Shown piece by piece: positions 30,623 through 39,378 of a stretch of DNA of 64,000 nucleotides; the first letter of the stretch is position 1, and every line of letters starts with the position of its first letter. The position numbers were made by a program, and so were the translations under genes. Below the pieces are notes generated by a model. The model saw only the letters and a program-made list of their open reading frames with translations. It had not been told where the DNA came from and did no database searches. The stretch comes from Promethearchaeia archaeon (lineage in GTDB: Archaea > Asgardarchaeota > Lokiarchaeia > Sigyniarchaeales > SOKP01), in NCBI GenBank assembly GCA_029856145.1, contig JAHQWK010000032.1:1-64000 (forward strand), written 5' to 3'.

Positions 30623-32452
30623 ATGACAAAAACGGAGCAACAATCAACTGAAAATGTTTCAGAGGATCAAGTTCCCCAAGAAGAAATTAAATTTCCATAT
30701 TTTTCGTTTTTACTTATATTTTTTATTATTTATTTGGCTTCATTGATTGTACCAGCACTAATATTTTTAGTTTATATATTCCTCTATTTTTTACCTCAAT
30801 TTTTAGAAATTACAAATTTTTTTGCTCTTTTTACAGAAATTAAGTCCCTAATTGCATTAATAACTATGCCTCTTGTTCTCATTTGTTGTTATCTTCTCCG
30901 GTTATTTTTCATAGGTCTAATTACACGTGGATTTTGGAGATCTAGTGAAAAAAAATTACCTAGTAAAAATGGGATAATACCAAGAAATGTTCCAAGTAAG
31001 GCATTGAATTATTATCAGAAGAGAAGCTTTATGATCAAATATGGAAAAAATTCCTTTATAAAAGGGGCCTTTCCTTGGCTTAGTAATTGGTTTTTCAACT
31101 TTGTGGGGTCAAATCAAATTGGAAAAGGTACAACCTTTGAGGAAAGTTCTGGTAATGACAAATTCGCAATTGTAGGTAAAAATTGTTATTTTGGTGTTAA
31201 CTCAATGTTAGCTAGCCATTTGGTAGATGGAACTTTTGGAAATATTAATTACTTTCAAATAAAAGTAGGAGATAATGTTACAACCGCCGGAACAAACCTG
31301 ATTGCACCGGGATCAGAAGTACATGATAATTCTTATTTATTACCTATAGCTTCGACCCCAAAACATAGTGTATTAAAAGGAAATAATTTTTATTGGGGGT
31401 TACCACTCAGGAAAATATTCAGAAAGAAGATAATGAAATATTTAGGGGTAACTCCAAAAGATTTAGAGATGAATGATAATGTTGAAGGTTACGCTGATAA
31501 AAAATTATTGGAAAAATTGAAAGCAGAGAAAGAATTGAGACAATCTGAGATTATCCCCAAAGAGGAACAAATAAAAGTAAATTTAGGAGAGGATGAAATT
31601 GACATAAATAATTTAACAGAAAAAAAATTAGCAATTGATTTCACGACAAGTAGCGCGATTTCAAGAGTTAATATAAAATTCCTAATCTTATATATCCCTA
31701 TTTTTTGGCTTTCTGGGATGTTAGACTCTATAATTTTTTATACATATACTTATTATGTTCAAAACGGGATTTTAATGGCTTTTTTTCTGCCAACTTTGGT
31801 AATCATTATGTGGTTTGTATTTATATTAGGTTGTTTCTTTTTCAGCAAGTTATTTTTAGTTTTAATAAATTTGATTCACAAACCTAAAGAAGGTATTTTT
31901 AAAGCAGAAATTGGTGACACTGATTTTGAGTTTTGGTGTTTACGGACAGAAGTGAAAAAAATTGTGATATGGCTTATACGAAATTGGCCTCTTCCTTGGA
32001 TGGACATACTAGCTTTTAAATGGTTTGGAATAAGAATGAGCTTATCTAGCTCTTTATATGATTCTTGGTGCGATGGTGAATTTATATCATTTGGGCGAAG
32101 GGTATTAGTTGGTCAAGGAGCCACTATCATGTCTTCGATGGTTGTTGGTAAATACTTGATTATAAAGAATGTTATATGTGGTGATTATTCTCTTATCGGT
32201 GGACACACCACTATAGCGCCAGGGACTGTTATAGGCGAAGATACTTTTGTGAGTGCAATTTCAAATACAATATATAACCAGATTCTTGAGCCCGGGTGGC
32301 TCTATCTTGGAATACCCGTGAAAAAACTCAAGGAAAATAAATACAGGAAAGAGAGAAGAGATATAATCATGAAAAGAGACGTAGACGAAGAAGAAAAATT
32401 CGAGATTGAACATGAAATTAACATTGAAGACGACAAAAAAGATCTTACCTAG
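30623..32452 (+). CDS. Fused A+B membrane LbH protein (AB4)
   Basis: Same two-module architecture as AB3. Confidence 0.85.
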   Translation: MTKTEQQSTENVSEDQVPQEEIKFPYFSFLLIFFIIYLASLIVPALIFLVYIFLYFLPQFLEITNFFALFTEIKSLIALITMPLVLICCYLLRLFFIGLITRGFWRSSEKKLPSKNGIIPRNVPSKALNYYQKRSFMIKYGKNSFIKGAFPWLSNWFFNFVGSNQIGKGTTFEESSGNDKFAIVGKNCYFGVNSMLASHLVDGTFGNINYFQIKVGDNVTTAGTNLIAPGSEVHDNSYLLPIASTPKHSVLKGNNFYWGLPLRKIFRKKIMKYLGVTPKDLEMNDNVEGYADKKLLEKLKAEKELRQSEIIPKEEQIKVNLGEDEIDINNLTEKKLAIDFTTSSAISRVNIKFLILYIPIFWLSGMLDSIIFYTYTYYVQNGILMAFFLPTLVIIMWFVFILGCFFFSKLFLVLINLIHKPKEGIFKAEIGDTDFEFWCLRTEVKKIVIWLIRNWPLPWMDILAFKWFGIRMSLSSSLYDSWCDGEFISFGRRVLVGQGATIMSSMVVGKYLIIKNVICGDYSLIGGHTTIAPGTVIGEDTFVSAISNTIYNQILEPGWLYLGIPVKKLKENKYRKERRDIIMKRDVDEEEKFEIEHEINIEDDKKDLT

Positions 32453-32464
32453 GACATCTCAACT

Positions 32465-32878
32465 TTAATCAATTTTCAAGGTAAATTGCTGTTCTAAAAA
32501 CCTTTTCAAATTCGAACATGTAATTTTTAGACTTTGTTTTGTATTATAAAATTGCTCCTTTCTAGGGCAATCATCATCAAGTAAGCATTTTTTTTTGTTA
32601 ATATCATAGATTAATGGATAAAATCGGCATCCTTGAGGTCGAAATTCATAAATTTTACATTTCTTTGCAGAGTAGTTTAAAAAAACGCAATGACCATCAA
32701 TATTTTTTAGTTGAAATTGCTCATTTTTATTTTTAAAAGCAATATCTTGTTTCTTTATTTTATTCGGATAACTTTTTACTATTAAGTCAATGTCTTGTTG
32801 AGAAAGTATCATTTCTGTTTCTAAACAACACTCTCCGCAATTTTCACATATGTTTTTCAATTTCTGCCTACGAATCAT
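32465..32878 (-). CDS. YkgJ-family cysteine-cluster protein
   Basis: CENCGECC...CVFL...CKIYEFRPQGCRFYP. Confidence 0.9.
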   Translation of the reverse strand: MIRRQKLKNICENCGECCLETEMILSQQDIDLIVKSYPNKIKKQDIAFKNKNEQFQLKNIDGHCVFLNYSAKKCKIYEFRPQGCRFYPLIYDINKKKCLLDDDCPRKEQFYNTKQSLKITCSNLKRFLEQQFTLKID

Positions 32879-32974
32879 AAATTTAAAAGGAAAAAAAAAT
32901 AACTATTAAAGTAAATAAGTATCAATTGCTTTTTAATAGAAATAAATAAGTTGATCTAGGATTGACTAGTCAAA

Positions 32975-34834
32975 ATGAGTGAAGAATCTGAAGAAAGTGA
33001 TCTTCCAAATAATAATGAAGTTATAAAAGAAGAGGTCAGTCTTCAGTACCATTTATATATCTTTATTTTTGCATTAATATTTTATGGTTCATGGGTAATT
33101 CCCGGGATTTGCTTTTTTTGGTATTTGCTTCAAGTATTCCTACCATATGTATTAGATGTTACTAATTTTTTCCTTATCTTTATTCAATTGGAGTCATTAA
33201 TCGCATTTCTCTCAATGCCGTTAGTTCTTATTGGATGTTATTTGTTGCGTTTATTCTTTTTAGGACTATCTACTAAGATTTTTTGGAAGATATCTGAAAA
33301 AACCTCTCCATCAAAAGCGGGAGTGATTCCACGAAATATTCGTAGTAGAGCGGCAAATTACTATCATTTAAGAGGTTTTATGATTAAATACGGAAAAAAT
33401 ACCTTTACAAAGGGAGTTTTTACTTGGCTCAGTAATTGGTTTTTTAATTTTATAGGAGCATCCAAAATAGGGAAAGGTACGACGTTGGAGGAATCTGTAG
33501 TTAATGATAAATTTATTGAAATTGGGAAGAACTGTTATTTGGGGGTAAATTCTGCTTTAGGGACTCATGTAGTGGAGGGAATCTTTGGTAATATCTCATA
33601 CTTCAAAGTTAAAGTTGGCGATAACGTTACCGGGGCAACAACAAATTTAATTGGGCCTGGATCAGAAATACGCGATAATTCATTTCTGCTTCCTTTAGCT
33701 TGCGCGACAAAACATAGTATAGCAGGAAAACCTCCCTTAATTAATTACTATTGGGGCATGCCATTAAGACGAATATTCAGAAGAAAGATAATGCAATATT
33801 TGGGTGTATCAGCAAAAGACTTAGAGAAAAATGAAAATATTCAAGGTTATGCTGATAAAAAATTACTGAAAAAATTAAAAGCCGAAGAAATCATTGATAA
33901 CACTCACAATAAGCAACATGTAGTTAGTAAATTACCTGAGGATAAAATAAACGTAAATGCTTTAACAGCAAAAGATTTAGAAGTGGATTTTACTACGAGT
34001 TCTGCGATCAGTAGAGTAAATATAAAGGTTTTAGCTGTTTATATACCAATATTTTGGCTAGCAGGACTAGTAGTTTCGATCTTTTGGTACTGGTATCTTT
34101 CTGATGAGAATTGGGCTATGATTTTAACCTTTCTCCCCCTTGCTTTATTTGGTTCAATTTATTTTTTTATTTTTGCTTGTATGCTCTTTAGTAAATTATT
34201 CTTAATTTTTGTAAATTTAATTCATAAACCCAAGGAGGGTGTCTTTAAAGCCGAGATTGGTGATAAGGATTTTGAATTCTGGATGTTTAGAACTGAATTA
34301 AAGAAAATGATTTTATGGTTTATGCGATATTCACCATTTCCATGGTTAGATGTACTAGCTTTTAAATTAATTGGGGTTGATATGGATACATCTAGCCATC
34401 TTAATGATACTTGGTGTGATGGTGAATTCATTAAATTTGGCAGAAAGAATTTAATCGGTCAAGGAGCCAATATTATGTCGAGTACAGTAATAGGTAAGTA
34501 TTTGATCATTAAAAAAGTAATATTTGATGACTATGTAATGGTTGGAGCTCATACAACTATAGGGCCTGGAACAATAATAGGTAAAGAGACAATCGTTGGT
34601 GCGATTTCCACCACCACATTTAATCAAGTTCTTGAGCCTGGGTGGATTTACACAGGAATTCCTGTCACAAAATTCAAACCAAACAAATATGCTGCATCTC
34701 GTAGAGAAATCCTTGTAAAAAAAGATGTAGATGAAGCAAGAAAATATGAAGTCACACATGAAGTAAACATAGATGAGGATAAGAAAGAATTAATTAAAAC
34801 AGAAAATAATAATAATGTTCATGATTCTTCTTGA
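32975..34834 (+). CDS. Fused A+B membrane LbH protein (AB5)
   Basis: Same two-module architecture as AB3. Confidence 0.85.
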   Translation: MSEESEESDLPNNNEVIKEEVSLQYHLYIFIFALIFYGSWVIPGICFFWYLLQVFLPYVLDVTNFFLIFIQLESLIAFLSMPLVLIGCYLLRLFFLGLSTKIFWKISEKTSPSKAGVIPRNIRSRAANYYHLRGFMIKYGKNTFTKGVFTWLSNWFFNFIGASKIGKGTTLEESVVNDKFIEIGKNCYLGVNSALGTHVVEGIFGNISYFKVKVGDNVTGATTNLIGPGSEIRDNSFLLPLACATKHSIAGKPPLINYYWGMPLRRIFRRKIMQYLGVSAKDLEKNENIQGYADKKLLKKLKAEEIIDNTHNKQHVVSKLPEDKINVNALTAKDLEVDFTTSSAISRVNIKVLAVYIPIFWLAGLVVSIFWYWYLSDENWAMILTFLPLALFGSIYFFIFACMLFSKLFLIFVNLIHKPKEGVFKAEIGDKDFEFWMFRTELKKMILWFMRYSPFPWLDVLAFKLIGVDMDTSSHLNDTWCDGEFIKFGRKNLIGQGANIMSSTVIGKYLIIKKVIFDDYVMVGAHTTIGPGTIIGKETIVGAISTTTFNQVLEPGWIYTGIPVTKFKPNKYAASRREILVKKDVDEARKYEVTHEVNIDEDKKELIKTENNNNVHDSS

Positions 34835-34916
34835 TAATATAATTAAAAATTTGAAAATTTTATAGAACAATTTAAAAAAGAGAAGGAGAAATGTAAAAAA
34901 ATAAGAGTGATAAAAG

Positions 34917-35897
34917 ATGTCGGTTCCAAATACAATGCGTGTAGAGTAAGATGCGATTCGAATCTTGCACACTAGGCCTTTCACGCCCTCGGTTTTGGCA
35001 AAAAAAAGATATTTAATTTTTTATATATTTCTGATATGGGCAAGTATAATCCCTTTACTCCTAGAATTGTGGGTGTATTGGCGGTGGTTATGGAATTATG
35101 ATAGGCCTGTCCATTTTTATACATTCCTTCCTCTTTTAGGTGTACTGATGTATGTAACAATTGTCTTTTCAGGAATAATATTTGCTAAAATACTTTTGAT
35201 TTTTGTTAATGCAATTCACAAGCCTCGAGAAGGTGTATTTTTGAGAATTCCAGAAGATCGAGATTATCGATATTGGAGCCTAAGAAATACTATAAAGCGT
35301 TGGCCGGTTTGGCTTGCTCACAGATTTCCATTTCCAGGAATTATGGATAATGTTTGTTTTAAAATGTTTGGAGTAAAAACTAAAATAAGTAATTCCTTAT
35401 TTGAAGGATGGGTAGATACAGAATTCATAGATTTTGGTAAAGATGTAGTAGTTGGGCAAGGAGCAATTGTTCAATCTGCTGTTATTATTGGTAATTTGTT
35501 AATAATCCGAAAAACAATAATAGAAGATAATGTAAGGATAGGTTCACATGCTATAGTTATGCCTGGTACTCATATAGGGCAAAATTGCATTCTCGCAGCA
35601 AATTCAGTAACAACAGTTGGACAAGAGTTAGAAAGAGGTTGGATTTATGTAGGGATTCCAGCAAAACAATTCAAAAAGAACTATTTCTTTGAAGATGGAT
35701 TGGAAGATAAGATTGGCCATGTTGAAGACGTTGAAAGTTTGAGAGAAAAATACGAAGATATCTATATTAGACGAAAAGATGAGCTTAAACGTAAAGATCG
35801 TAGAGAAATTAAGAAAGAAAAGAAAGAAGAAGAAAAGAAGAGATTTGATTATGAGGCCGAGGAATGGGAAGATATTGATGACGGTTTCAGTATATAA
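34917..35897 (+). CDS. Membrane LbH module, type C3, intron-containing: join(34917..34944,34975..35897), 316 aa
   Basis: ATG at 34917 with RBS GAGTGAT (34905..34911). The spliced N-terminus MSVPNTMRVGPFTPSVLAKKRY aligns without gaps to MSVPSSLKVGPNTSLILAKKRY of C2. Confidence 0.88.
34945..34974 (+). other. 30-nt archaeal bulge-helix-bulge (BHB) intron in an mRNA
   Basis: Central helix GUGU/ACAC, 3-nt bulges AGA and UAG, intron stem GUAAGAU/AUCUUGC; contains in-frame TAA (34947..34949). Confidence 0.88.
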
Positions 35898-35991
35898 ATG
35901 TTTTAAATAAAACAAGCAGTTTCTTACTAATAATATACTTATGAATTATTAAGATTTTAAAAGAAAACAGAAAAAAAAAGATATATAGAAT

Positions 35992-36051
35992 GAAGGAATA
36001 GTGGTTTAGGTGTGGCAATTCGAGAAGCCGTTTATCTAAACTTATTCCTCC
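35992..36051 (+). other. Long intergenic RNA hairpin
   Basis: GGAAUA/UAUUCC, GUUUAGGUG/UAUCUAAAC and UGGC/GCCG stems; G-U pairs favour the + strand. Confidence 0.5.
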
Positions 36052-36114
36052 AAGGTCTATATTTTATTTAGAAAATTCAACCCTCTTAGATTTCTCTCCC
36101 AATTTGATCGCTTT

Positions 36115-36960
36115 TTAGTATTTGAGGTTAAATATGCGAATTGTATTCATGAAGAAGTCTGATGATGAGCCGAAGGGCCAATAACCCCAGCCTGGGAAAC
36201 CTCCACCTATTTGATCATCAAATTCAGCCAAATGCAAGAAGAATACTTTTACTGTTCCCCCATCAAGAACTGCATCTGGAGGGAATGGCTCGCCTGGAGC
36301 AGGCCATCTCCATCCGGGTTCATAAGTATAAGCATTTCCCATACCAATAAGCATCAAAGATTTTAGATGGATTCCCATTTCTTCGGGTATATATGAAATC
36401 GCATCGAAGTATGGAAGCATACAACCCGCTTCTCTTGTTCCTGGTGGAATACCCCATGGTTCGTAACCATCATATTCAGCGTCAAGTATAAATTTCAATC
36501 GGAAGTAATAATTTGCATAACCAAATGAAAGTAAATCTCCTGTATCTCCGAAATATTGCATACTCCAGATTGGGTCACCATTTTCATCGTATAAAGCATC
36601 ATACATCTCTATATAAATATCTTTTACGAATAAATTTACTGTAATTTCTATTGATCCGTCGCGCAGAACTTTCTCTTTAACATACCCACTATATTCATAC
36701 AGATTTCCTGTAAACGCTCCAAATAGAGAATCAATCCACATCCAATAATGATTACCCTTTCCATCACCACCAACATATGCAGTCTCCCATGGTACACCAA
36801 TCCCAAACGGATTATTTACTACCCAATCGTCAATAGGTCTGATATTTACATTTACTCCTTGTTTCAAGCCATAAACTGCTGGTATGAAGCTAAAGACACA
36901 AATTCCTACAAACGCTAATACAAGCAATCGGGTTTTTATTGATTTTTTCATTTTTTTCAC
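36115..36960 (-). CDS. Secreted hypothetical protein (Gly/Pro/aromatic-rich)
   Basis: Signal-peptide-like N-terminus (KKxKK, hydrophobic stretch, PAVYG). Confidence 0.75.
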   Translation of the reverse strand: MKKMKKSIKTRLLVLAFVGICVFSFIPAVYGLKQGVNVNIRPIDDWVVNNPFGIGVPWETAYVGGDGKGNHYWMWIDSLFGAFTGNLYEYSGYVKEKVLRDGSIEITVNLFVKDIYIEMYDALYDENGDPIWSMQYFGDTGDLLSFGYANYYFRLKFILDAEYDGYEPWGIPPGTREAGCMLPYFDAISYIPEEMGIHLKSLMLIGMGNAYTYEPGWRWPAPGEPFPPDAVLDGGTVKVFFLHLAEFDDQIGGGFPGWGYWPFGSSSDFFMNTIRIFNLKY

Positions 36961-37152
36961 TTTTTTTTTCTAAATTTTAAAACAATCACCTGAAAGATGA
37001 TCAATATGTAATGATGACTTGGTTCCATATATAGTTTTTATTATCGGAGTTTCGTGGCAGTTCCGAGTTATCATGGGAATATTGTAAAATAAATATAAAT
37101 AGAACTGTTACTTATTTTTATTCATAATCGATTTTACTTAGTCTAATGAGAA

Positions 37153-39054
37153 ATGCCGCCAATAAATTATCCTCCTCAAGAGATTATTGACCATCCAATA
37201 GAGGAAAAGAAAAAGTATGATCATACTATTCTCTGGATGTTATGCAATAACGAAGAATGTGAATGGTCCGATTTTCTTCGGAGACCGCTTGAAATACCTA
37301 CATCTTCTTTATCTCGTCACCTTAATATGTTAAAAACTGAAGGATATCTAACAAAAATATCAAAAGGCCATTATAAAATCACAATAGAAGGAAGAAGACG
37401 ATTTCACGACCTATCTAAAGCGGCTATAAAGAAAAGAAAGTTAAGTTATCCTCCTGAAACGATATTAAAAAGTGGAAGGAATTACGGGCATTGGATTTTA
37501 TGGATGGTATATAACAATACTTATTGTAAGTGGTCTGATTTTCTCGAAGAACCTCTTTCTATTAATCAATCATCATTATCAAAAGCAATGAATTTGATGA
37601 TGAAAAATGGATTTGTCAGAAAAGATTCTGAATCTAAAGAATATAGAATAACTCAACTGGGTAAAATTGAGTATTCAAGGATACTTCATTATTATGATTT
37701 AGATAGACAAACAATTTTAGATGAAGAAAGCAAGCGAATAGAAGATATTACAAAAAAAACAGTGGAATTTTTTGATACTTATAATATTAATGATGCACGT
37801 ACTCAATTTAGATTTCTTAACAATATTTTGAAATTAGATTACAATAGAGTTGAATCTATGCTAAAAAACGAGGAGAATTTTCATAAGATTTTATTTTTCC
37901 TTTCGATAAATCATCCTAATCAATATCCAAATCATATTTCTCCTGAAGAATTTTCTAAAGAATATGGAATTAAAGAGAATACGCTTACTTATTATATTGA
38001 TGAAATTGTGGAAAATAACATATATCCAATAAGATTTTTTGAATTAAAAGCACCATCAGATAAACACTATTATTTTCAGGAGAATGAAAAACTAGAAACA
38101 ATGATAAGAGCAATTATAGAGGATCATATAACAGAATATACCTATTTAAACAAATTATTTGGCAGATCGATGAATTTTAATGTTATTATCGATGAAATTT
38201 CAGATGAAGTGTGTGAATTTTTGCTTGATAGAGATTTAAAGAAAGTCTTAAAAGAGTTTTTACCAGAATATATTAATTATTTAGCATATAAAATCAAAGA
38301 TGAAAGAAAATTAATAGAATTATACGATAAATTAGAGGGGATCATATGGCAGAACGTCTCGAACATCGTTAAAATAAAAAGTTCAGAAAATACTGAAAAT
38401 CAATATGAACAACAACTTGAAGAAATTAATAAAAAAATTGAATTAAATCCTAAAAAAATTGATTTGTATTATTCAAAAATTCAAATCATGATTTACTACG
38501 GTCAATTTGATGATATTTTTAGGTTATTAGAGGATATGATTGAGATTTTTCCCGAAAATGAAAAAGACATTAAAATGAAAAAAGCATCTATACTTAAGAG
38601 AAATGATGAAGTTGAAGCAGGATTTGAGATTATAAATGAATTATTACAGAAAAATCCTAAGGATGTTGAATTACTTGTTTACAAGGCTTATTGGATGCAA
38701 TATTTGAACAAAAAGGAAGAATCATTAAATATTATTCGTAGTCTTATACAACAAAATCCAGATAAAAGTACTTACCATGATACTTATGGAGAAATTTTAA
38801 TGTATTTTGAAGAATATCAAAAAGCAGTGAACCAATTTCAAAAAGCAATAGATCTAGCTAGTGATGAATGGTATATTAATCAAACTCATATAAAATTGGG
38901 AATATCTTATAAAGAGCTGGGAAATAATGAGTTGGCCGTCAAATTCCTTAGAATAGGGAAAGAATTGACAAATTCTACTTCAGATGAAGATAATATTAAA
39001 CAGAAATGGTTTAATATAGCTGATATTTTCCTTGCAGAGATGGAAGAGTTATAA
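37153..39054 (+). CDS. Tandem winged-HTH + TPR protein, putative regulator
   Basis: Repeated unit YPP..I...Y.H.ILWM..NN..C.WSDF...PL.I..SSLS (twice), a third HTH-like segment, and C-terminal TPRs. Confidence 0.8.
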   Translation: MPPINYPPQEIIDHPIEEKKKYDHTILWMLCNNEECEWSDFLRRPLEIPTSSLSRHLNMLKTEGYLTKISKGHYKITIEGRRRFHDLSKAAIKKRKLSYPPETILKSGRNYGHWILWMVYNNTYCKWSDFLEEPLSINQSSLSKAMNLMMKNGFVRKDSESKEYRITQLGKIEYSRILHYYDLDRQTILDEESKRIEDITKKTVEFFDTYNINDARTQFRFLNNILKLDYNRVESMLKNEENFHKILFFLSINHPNQYPNHISPEEFSKEYGIKENTLTYYIDEIVENNIYPIRFFELKAPSDKHYYFQENEKLETMIRAIIEDHITEYTYLNKLFGRSMNFNVIIDEISDEVCEFLLDRDLKKVLKEFLPEYINYLAYKIKDERKLIELYDKLEGIIWQNVSNIVKIKSSENTENQYEQQLEEINKKIELNPKKIDLYYSKIQIMIYYGQFDDIFRLLEDMIEIFPENEKDIKMKKASILKRNDEVEAGFEIINELLQKNPKDVELLVYKAYWMQYLNKKEESLNIIRSLIQQNPDKSTYHDTYGEILMYFEEYQKAVNQFQKAIDLASDEWYINQTHIKLGISYKELGNNELAVKFLRIGKELTNSTSDEDNIKQKWFNIADIFLAEMEEL

Positions 39055-39084
39055 AAGGTTTTAAGCCTTTTTCTTATAAATATC

Positions 39085-39249
39085 TCATGCTTTTTTTTCT
39101 TCTAATTTAGAGTCATTATCTTCATTTGTAATTTTATAAGAGACAATATTATCGAAGGGAGGTTTTTTTTCTTCGATTTCTTGTTCTTCAATCTCTATAA
39201 TTCGAGGATGCGATTCTTGAAAATGGGAATCATTCTTTTTCTTATTCAA
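39085..39249 (-). CDS. Small acidic/charged ORF (54 aa), divergent from the ubiquitin operon
   Basis: Manual translation from TTG at 39249: MNKKKNDSHFQESHPRIIEIEEQEIEEKKPPFDNIVSYKITNEDNDSKLEEKKA. Confidence 0.45.
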   Translation of the reverse strand: MNKKKNDSHFQESHPRIIEIEEQEIEEKKPPFDNIVSYKITNEDNDSKLEEKKA

Positions 39250-39378
39250 ATTAGAACCACAATTTTTTCTAAAATTAGATATGATTTCTCTTACGGAAGA
39301 ATTTTAAATGATTATTTTAAATAATCAATCAAACTATTATTAAATTAATTATTCATTGAATAAAATTCGACCTATCCG

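Noticed and set aside
34965-34967. TTG start proposed by the ORF track for C3
   Set aside because: It lies inside the intron stem, has no RBS, and loses the conserved MSVP...VGP N-terminus.
34946-34975. Spliceosomal-looking GT-AG intron (GTAAGA...CTAG|G), offset by 1 nt from the BHB intron
   Set aside because: Removal gives Glu (GAG) rather than the Gly conserved in both paralogs, no spliceosome is known in archaea, and BHB geometry fully explains the insert. The resemblance is striking but treated as coincidence.
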